Part shown: piece after piece, positions 16,479 through 20,000 of the stretch
How positions within the stretch are numbered: the stretch's first letter is position 1
Layout: every line of letters begins with the position of its first letter
Sequence record: SRR2962707_1122
Reading direction: 5' to 3' (one strand)
DNA: 20,000 nucleotides
The notes under the pieces: generated by a model
What the model was told of the DNA's origin: nothing
Database searches by the model: none
The model's input: the letters and a program-made list of their open reading frames with translations, nothing else
Translations under genes and position numbers: made by a program

Positions 16479-17744
16479 TTACGTTTTGAAGGGATCATCG
16501 AGTGCAGGTAAGATCGTGCCGGTGCAATCGCCAAAGCCAATTGTGTAGCCATCGCCGCGGGCGTTTCCGCAGAGGGTCAGAGTGTCACCGTCTTCAATGA
16601 ACCCGCGGGTTTCCCCGGTTTCCAAGGTGAAGGGTTCCCGGCCGGCCCAGCTTAATTCCATAAGGGAGCCGAATTCGGTTTTGCTGGGGCCTGAAATTGT
16701 CCCGGAGCCGAGCAAGTCACCCGAATTCATGCCGCATCCCCCCAGCGCGTGGTGCGTGAGTTGCTGCGCCGCTGAGTAATACATACGGCTGTAGTTTGTT
16801 GTGCTGACAACACTGGGGTGATCGGCGGAGGCCGGTTGCATCAGAACTTGCAGCTCAATGTCATAGAGGCCAGACTTGGTTTCGCTCAGGTAGGGCAGCA
16901 GGTCTTTGCTGCGTTCCGGGACTGAGGTGCGGAACGGTTCAAGTGCGGCTGCGGTGACAATCCAGGGCGAGATTGACGTGCCGAACGCCTTGCCCTGAAA
17001 TGGCCCAAGCGGTTGGTATTCCCAGGCTTGGAGGTCACGGGCGGACCAATCGTTCAGGAGCACATAGCCGAAGATCATGGAGTCGGCCTGTTCTGTCGTG
17101 ATCGGGCGGCCCATCTCGCAGCTGGTGCCGACGATTGCGCCCATTTCCAACTCAATATCCAGACGTTTTGACGGGCCAAAAGACGGGGCTTCTGCATCCG
17201 GTGCTTTTGTTTGACCCAGAGGGCGGCGGATGTCGGTTCCGGAGACAACAACGGAGGAGGCTCGGCCATTGTAGCCGATTGGGATGTGGAGCCAGTTGGC
17301 GGGCAAGTCCGGGCTGCCGCGCAAGATGGCGCCCATGTTTTCGGCATGTTGGCGCCCTGCGTAGAAATCTGTGTATTCGCTAATCAGGAACGGCAGGTGA
17401 AGTGTTGCCTGGCTTTGCGCCACCAAGAATTGTTCAGCCTCGGCCTGTTCAGAAGATCCTTCGGCTAACAGGCTGGTCAGGCGCGCGCGCAGCTTTGCCC
17501 AGGTGTCCGGGCCTAACTCCATCACCTCGTTCCAGAAGGGCACATCAAAGACGCGATCCTCGTCCAGAACAGTGAGCAAGCCTGCGTCTTCGGCGGCCTG
17601 ACAATCAAAGATCATCTCACCGATGGCGACTCCACATCGGGGATCGTCATCGTCTGTTGAAAAAACACCGTAAGGCAGGTTGTTGAGCGGAAAGGGAGAG
17701 CTTGCAGAGTTTGCGGTTTCAACCCAGGATTTGATGAGGGGCAT
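16479..17744 (-). CDS. fahA: Fumarylacetoacetase
   Basis: FPLNNLPYGVFS, YTDFY, PIGYNGRASS, LDIELEMG, LLNDWSARDLQAWEYQPLGPF, GDLLGSGTISG. Start at 17744 behind AAGGA. Confidence 0.95.
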   Translation of the reverse strand: MPLIKSWVETANSASSPFPLNNLPYGVFSTDDDDPRCGVAIGEMIFDCQAAEDAGLLTVLDEDRVFDVPFWNEVMELGPDTWAKLRARLTSLLAEGSSEQAEAEQFLVAQSQATLHLPFLISEYTDFYAGRQHAENMGAILRGSPDLPANWLHIPIGYNGRASSVVVSGTDIRRPLGQTKAPDAEAPSFGPSKRLDIELEMGAIVGTSCEMGRPITTEQADSMIFGYVLLNDWSARDLQAWEYQPLGPFQGKAFGTSISPWIVTAAALEPFRTSVPERSKDLLPYLSETKSGLYDIELQVLMQPASADHPSVVSTTNYSRMYYSAAQQLTHHALGGCGMNSGDLLGSGTISGPSKTEFGSLMELSWAGREPFTLETGETRGFIEDGDTLTLCGNARGDGYTIGFGDCTGTILPALDDPFKT

Positions 17745-17784
17745 TGTTGGTTCCTTAGTCGTTTGCACCATGACTGGCGCGGCT

Positions 17785-18417
17785 TTAAGTGGCGTCGGGT
17801 TGAGCCTCGGGCATCGCTCGGGCTATCGGATCAATCTCGCGCGCGCGGGTGTCGATGTCGACCAACCTTTCGAAGCGGGTCATATCGAGCCCCCATCGGC
17901 GGGCATTGACCATTTGACCGACCAAACAGATGTCGGCCATGGTGATCTGATCTCCGAAACTGAAGGGGCCATCTTGGTCGATCAGGGCCTGAAACGCGGT
18001 GAAACCTTCGTGCATCCAGTGGTTCATCCACACCACACAGTCGTCCTGTGACTGACCCATTTCGGATTTGAGATAGCCGAGAGTTCTGAGATTGTTCACA
18101 GGGTGGATGTCACAGGCAATCACATTAGCCGCGGCCAGAGCACGTGCACGTGTCAACGGATCGGTCGGCAACAAGGGCGGTTCCGGAAATGTGCGGTCCA
18201 AATAGTCCAGAATCGCCATGCTTTGCGTGAGTACGCAACCGTCATCGAGGACCAAGGCGGGAACGGATTTGGACGGGTTGACGCTGACAAAGTCGGGCGA
18301 TTTCTGCGCGCCTTTGGTCAGGTCAACCGTTTCCAGATCGTAGGAGACCCCCTTGAGATTCAGCGCAATGCGCACACGAACGGAGGTTGTCGAACGCCAA
18401 TAAGAGTACAGTTTCAT
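17785..18417 (-). CDS. maiA: Maleylacetoacetate isomerase (zeta-class GST)
   Basis: [49 protein letters not shown]. Start overlaps the hmgA stop. Confidence 0.93.
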   Translation of the reverse strand: MKLYSYWRSTTSVRVRIALNLKGVSYDLETVDLTKGAQKSPDFVSVNPSKSVPALVLDDGCVLTQSMAILDYLDRTFPEPPLLPTDPLTRARALAAANVIACDIHPVNNLRTLGYLKSEMGQSQDDCVVWMNHWMHEGFTAFQALIDQDGPFSFGDQITMADICLVGQMVNARRWGLDMTRFERLVDIDTRAREIDPIARAMPEAQPDAT

Positions 18418-19775
18418 TTCTTGCCCGGCGTGCCGTCGAATTTCTTTTCGATGTCCGACCAGCAGTCAATATAGTCATCCTGAAGCGGGGCTTCATTGGC
18501 GGCAAATGCTGTGAGGTGCTGAGGGAAACGGGTCTCGAACATAAAGGACATGGTGTTGTCGAGTTTTTCCGCCTTGAGATCCGCATTGGACGCGCCTTCA
18601 AAGGCATTTTTATCCGGTCCATGCGGCAGCATCATATTATGCAGGCTCAGACCACCGGGGACAAAGCCCTGAGGTTTGGCGTCATATTGGCCGTAAATAT
18701 TGCCCATGAGTTCGGACATGATGTTCTTGTGATACCAAGGTGGGCGAAATGTGTCTTCGGCAACCATCCAACGTTCTCGGAACAGGACGAAATCGATGTT
18801 TGCGGTTCCCGGCTGTCCAGACGGGGCGGTGAGAACCGTGAAAATCGACGGATCAGGATGATCAAAGAGGATGGCGCCGACCGGGCAATATGTTCGAAGA
18901 TCATATTTGATCGGGGCATAGTTGCCGTGCCAGGCGACGACATCCAGCGGGCTGTGGCCGATTTTGGTTTCATGGAACTGACCGCACCATTTGATCGTAA
19001 CAGTCGAAGCAGCGTCGCGATCTTCGAACGCGGCGACGGGGGCTTTGAAGTCGCGGGGATTGGCCATGCAATTCGCGCCAATGGGACCGCGCCCCGGAAG
19101 TTCGAATTTTTGACCATAGTTTTCGCAAACAAATCCGCGACAAGGACCCTCTAGCACTTCGACCCGGTACAACAAGCCACGCGGAAGTATGGCAATTTCC
19201 TTTGGCTCGACGTCAATGATGCCAAGTTCGGTGCAAAAGCGCAGGCGGCCTTCCTGAGGGACAACAAGCAATTCGGAATCGGCCGAGAAGAAATACTCAT
19301 CCTTCATGGACTTGGTCACAAGGTAGACGTGGGTTGCCATCCCGACCTGTGTGTTCACGTCACCAGCCGTCGTAATGGTGCGCATTCCTGTCAGCCAGTT
19401 GGTGGGTGTATCGCTGATGGCGATTGGGTCCCAACGGTACTGTCCCAGACTGATCACGTCAGGATCCACGTTGGGGGCGGATTTCCAAAGAGGAACGTCA
19501 ATTTTTGTGTAGCGATGTGAATGCTTGACGGATGGACGGATGCGGTAACACCAGGTTCGCTCATTCTGATGGCTGGGCGCGGTAAACGCCGTGCCAGACA
19601 ATTGCTCTCCGTATAGGCCGTAATTGCACTTTTGTGGGCTGTTCATGCCCTGTGGCAAGGCACCGGGAAGCGCTTCTGTTTCAAAATCATTGCCAAAACC
19701 TGGCATGTACCCTTCATGCGGCCCTGGGTTCGAAGGCGCTTGAGTCATTGAGGTCGGTGATACCACGCGGTTCAT
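18414..19775 (-). CDS. hmgA: Homogentisate 1,2-dioxygenase
   Basis: [74 protein letters not shown] (Fe ligands His/Glu/His). Start at 19775 behind GGAG. Confidence 0.97.
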   Translation of the reverse strand: MNRVVSPTSMTQAPSNPGPHEGYMPGFGNDFETEALPGALPQGMNSPQKCNYGLYGEQLSGTAFTAPSHQNERTWCYRIRPSVKHSHRYTKIDVPLWKSAPNVDPDVISLGQYRWDPIAISDTPTNWLTGMRTITTAGDVNTQVGMATHVYLVTKSMKDEYFFSADSELLVVPQEGRLRFCTELGIIDVEPKEIAILPRGLLYRVEVLEGPCRGFVCENYGQKFELPGRGPIGANCMANPRDFKAPVAAFEDRDAASTVTIKWCGQFHETKIGHSPLDVVAWHGNYAPIKYDLRTYCPVGAILFDHPDPSIFTVLTAPSGQPGTANIDFVLFRERWMVAEDTFRPPWYHKNIMSELMGNIYGQYDAKPQGFVPGGLSLHNMMLPHGPDKNAFEGASNADLKAEKLDNTMSFMFETRFPQHLTAFAANEAPLQDDYIDCWSDIEKKFDGTPGKK

Positions 19776-19809
19776 CGCTTTCTCCATTGTTGGCTTGCGG
19801 CGGACGATA

Positions 19810-19829
19810 TTAGTTGTTTTTGTAACTAA
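19810..19829. promoter_or_regulatory. Inverted repeat, candidate MarR operator between hmgA and the regulator
   Basis: TTAGTT-gtttttgt-AACTAA, perfect 6-bp arms in the 72-bp divergent intergenic region. Confidence 0.7.
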
Positions 19830-19847
19830 CAACGGTATGATTACAAA

Positions 19848-20000
19848 ATGACCGAAAAAAACACCTTCGATTTACAGCTTTTTCTGCCGTACCTTCTTAA
19901 CCAAGCCGCAGAGGCCTCGAGTCTCGGTTTCCAGAAGATCTATAAGGATCGCTATGGAATGCTGCGCACAGAGTGGCGGGTTTTGTTCCATTTGGGACTG
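19848..20000 (+). CDS. MarR-family transcriptional regulator, 3'-truncated by the window edge (missing from the ORF track)
   Basis: Manual translation [51 protein letters not shown] has the FLPYLL...YG...EWRVL pattern of MarR N-termini. Divergent from hmgA. Confidence 0.85.
   Translation, partial: MTEKNTFDLQLFLPYLLNQAAEASSLGFQKIYKDRYGMLRTEWRVLFHLGL

Noticed and set aside
16479-17744. Possible foreign origin or mosaicism of fahA (looked slightly GC-richer)
   Set aside because: Spot counts of a few lines overlapped those of hmgA and no mobility signatures flank it. It would need a codon-usage or phylogenetic test.
18387-19154. 255-aa plus-strand ORF
   Set aside because: Antisense to the highly conserved hmgA, with no family signature.
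1-20000. CRISPR arrays, tRNA/rRNA, IS elements, prophage or defence genes
   Set aside because: All intergenic gaps are under about 200 nt, with no repeat-spacer periodicity or RNA-gene signatures, and no ORF has transposase, integrase or nuclease motifs.

Overview
Gene-dense catabolic region, most likely from an alphaproteobacterium (Rhodobacteraceae/roseobacter-like, inferred from protein style and gene order). It has three modules. (1) The end of a beta-ketoadipate operon (pcaI partial, pcaJ, pcaF). (2) A divergent LacI regulator and a 9-gene glycoside operon: a CUT1 ABC transporter resembling the rhizobial cellobiose/salicin transporter, two xylose-isomerase-like TIM-barrel proteins, two Gfo/Idh/MocA oxidoreductases and a cytoplasmic GH43. 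(3) A convergent homogentisate operon (hmgA-maiA-fahA) extended by an MBL-fold protein, an FAD monooxygenase and a DUF2783-like small protein, with a divergent MarR regulator cut by the window edge. The two best leads are the 2 Gfo + 2 TIM-barrel set, which matches a non-hydrolytic 3-keto-glycoside oxidation/elimination/hydration/reduction pathway, and the MBL/monooxygenase/small-protein trio, whose MBL has lost all second-metal ligands and may be a mutase in a hydroxyphenylacetate-to-homogentisate route. No RNA genes, IS elements or CRISPR arrays were seen. Family assignments come from motif recognition and recall, not database searches.
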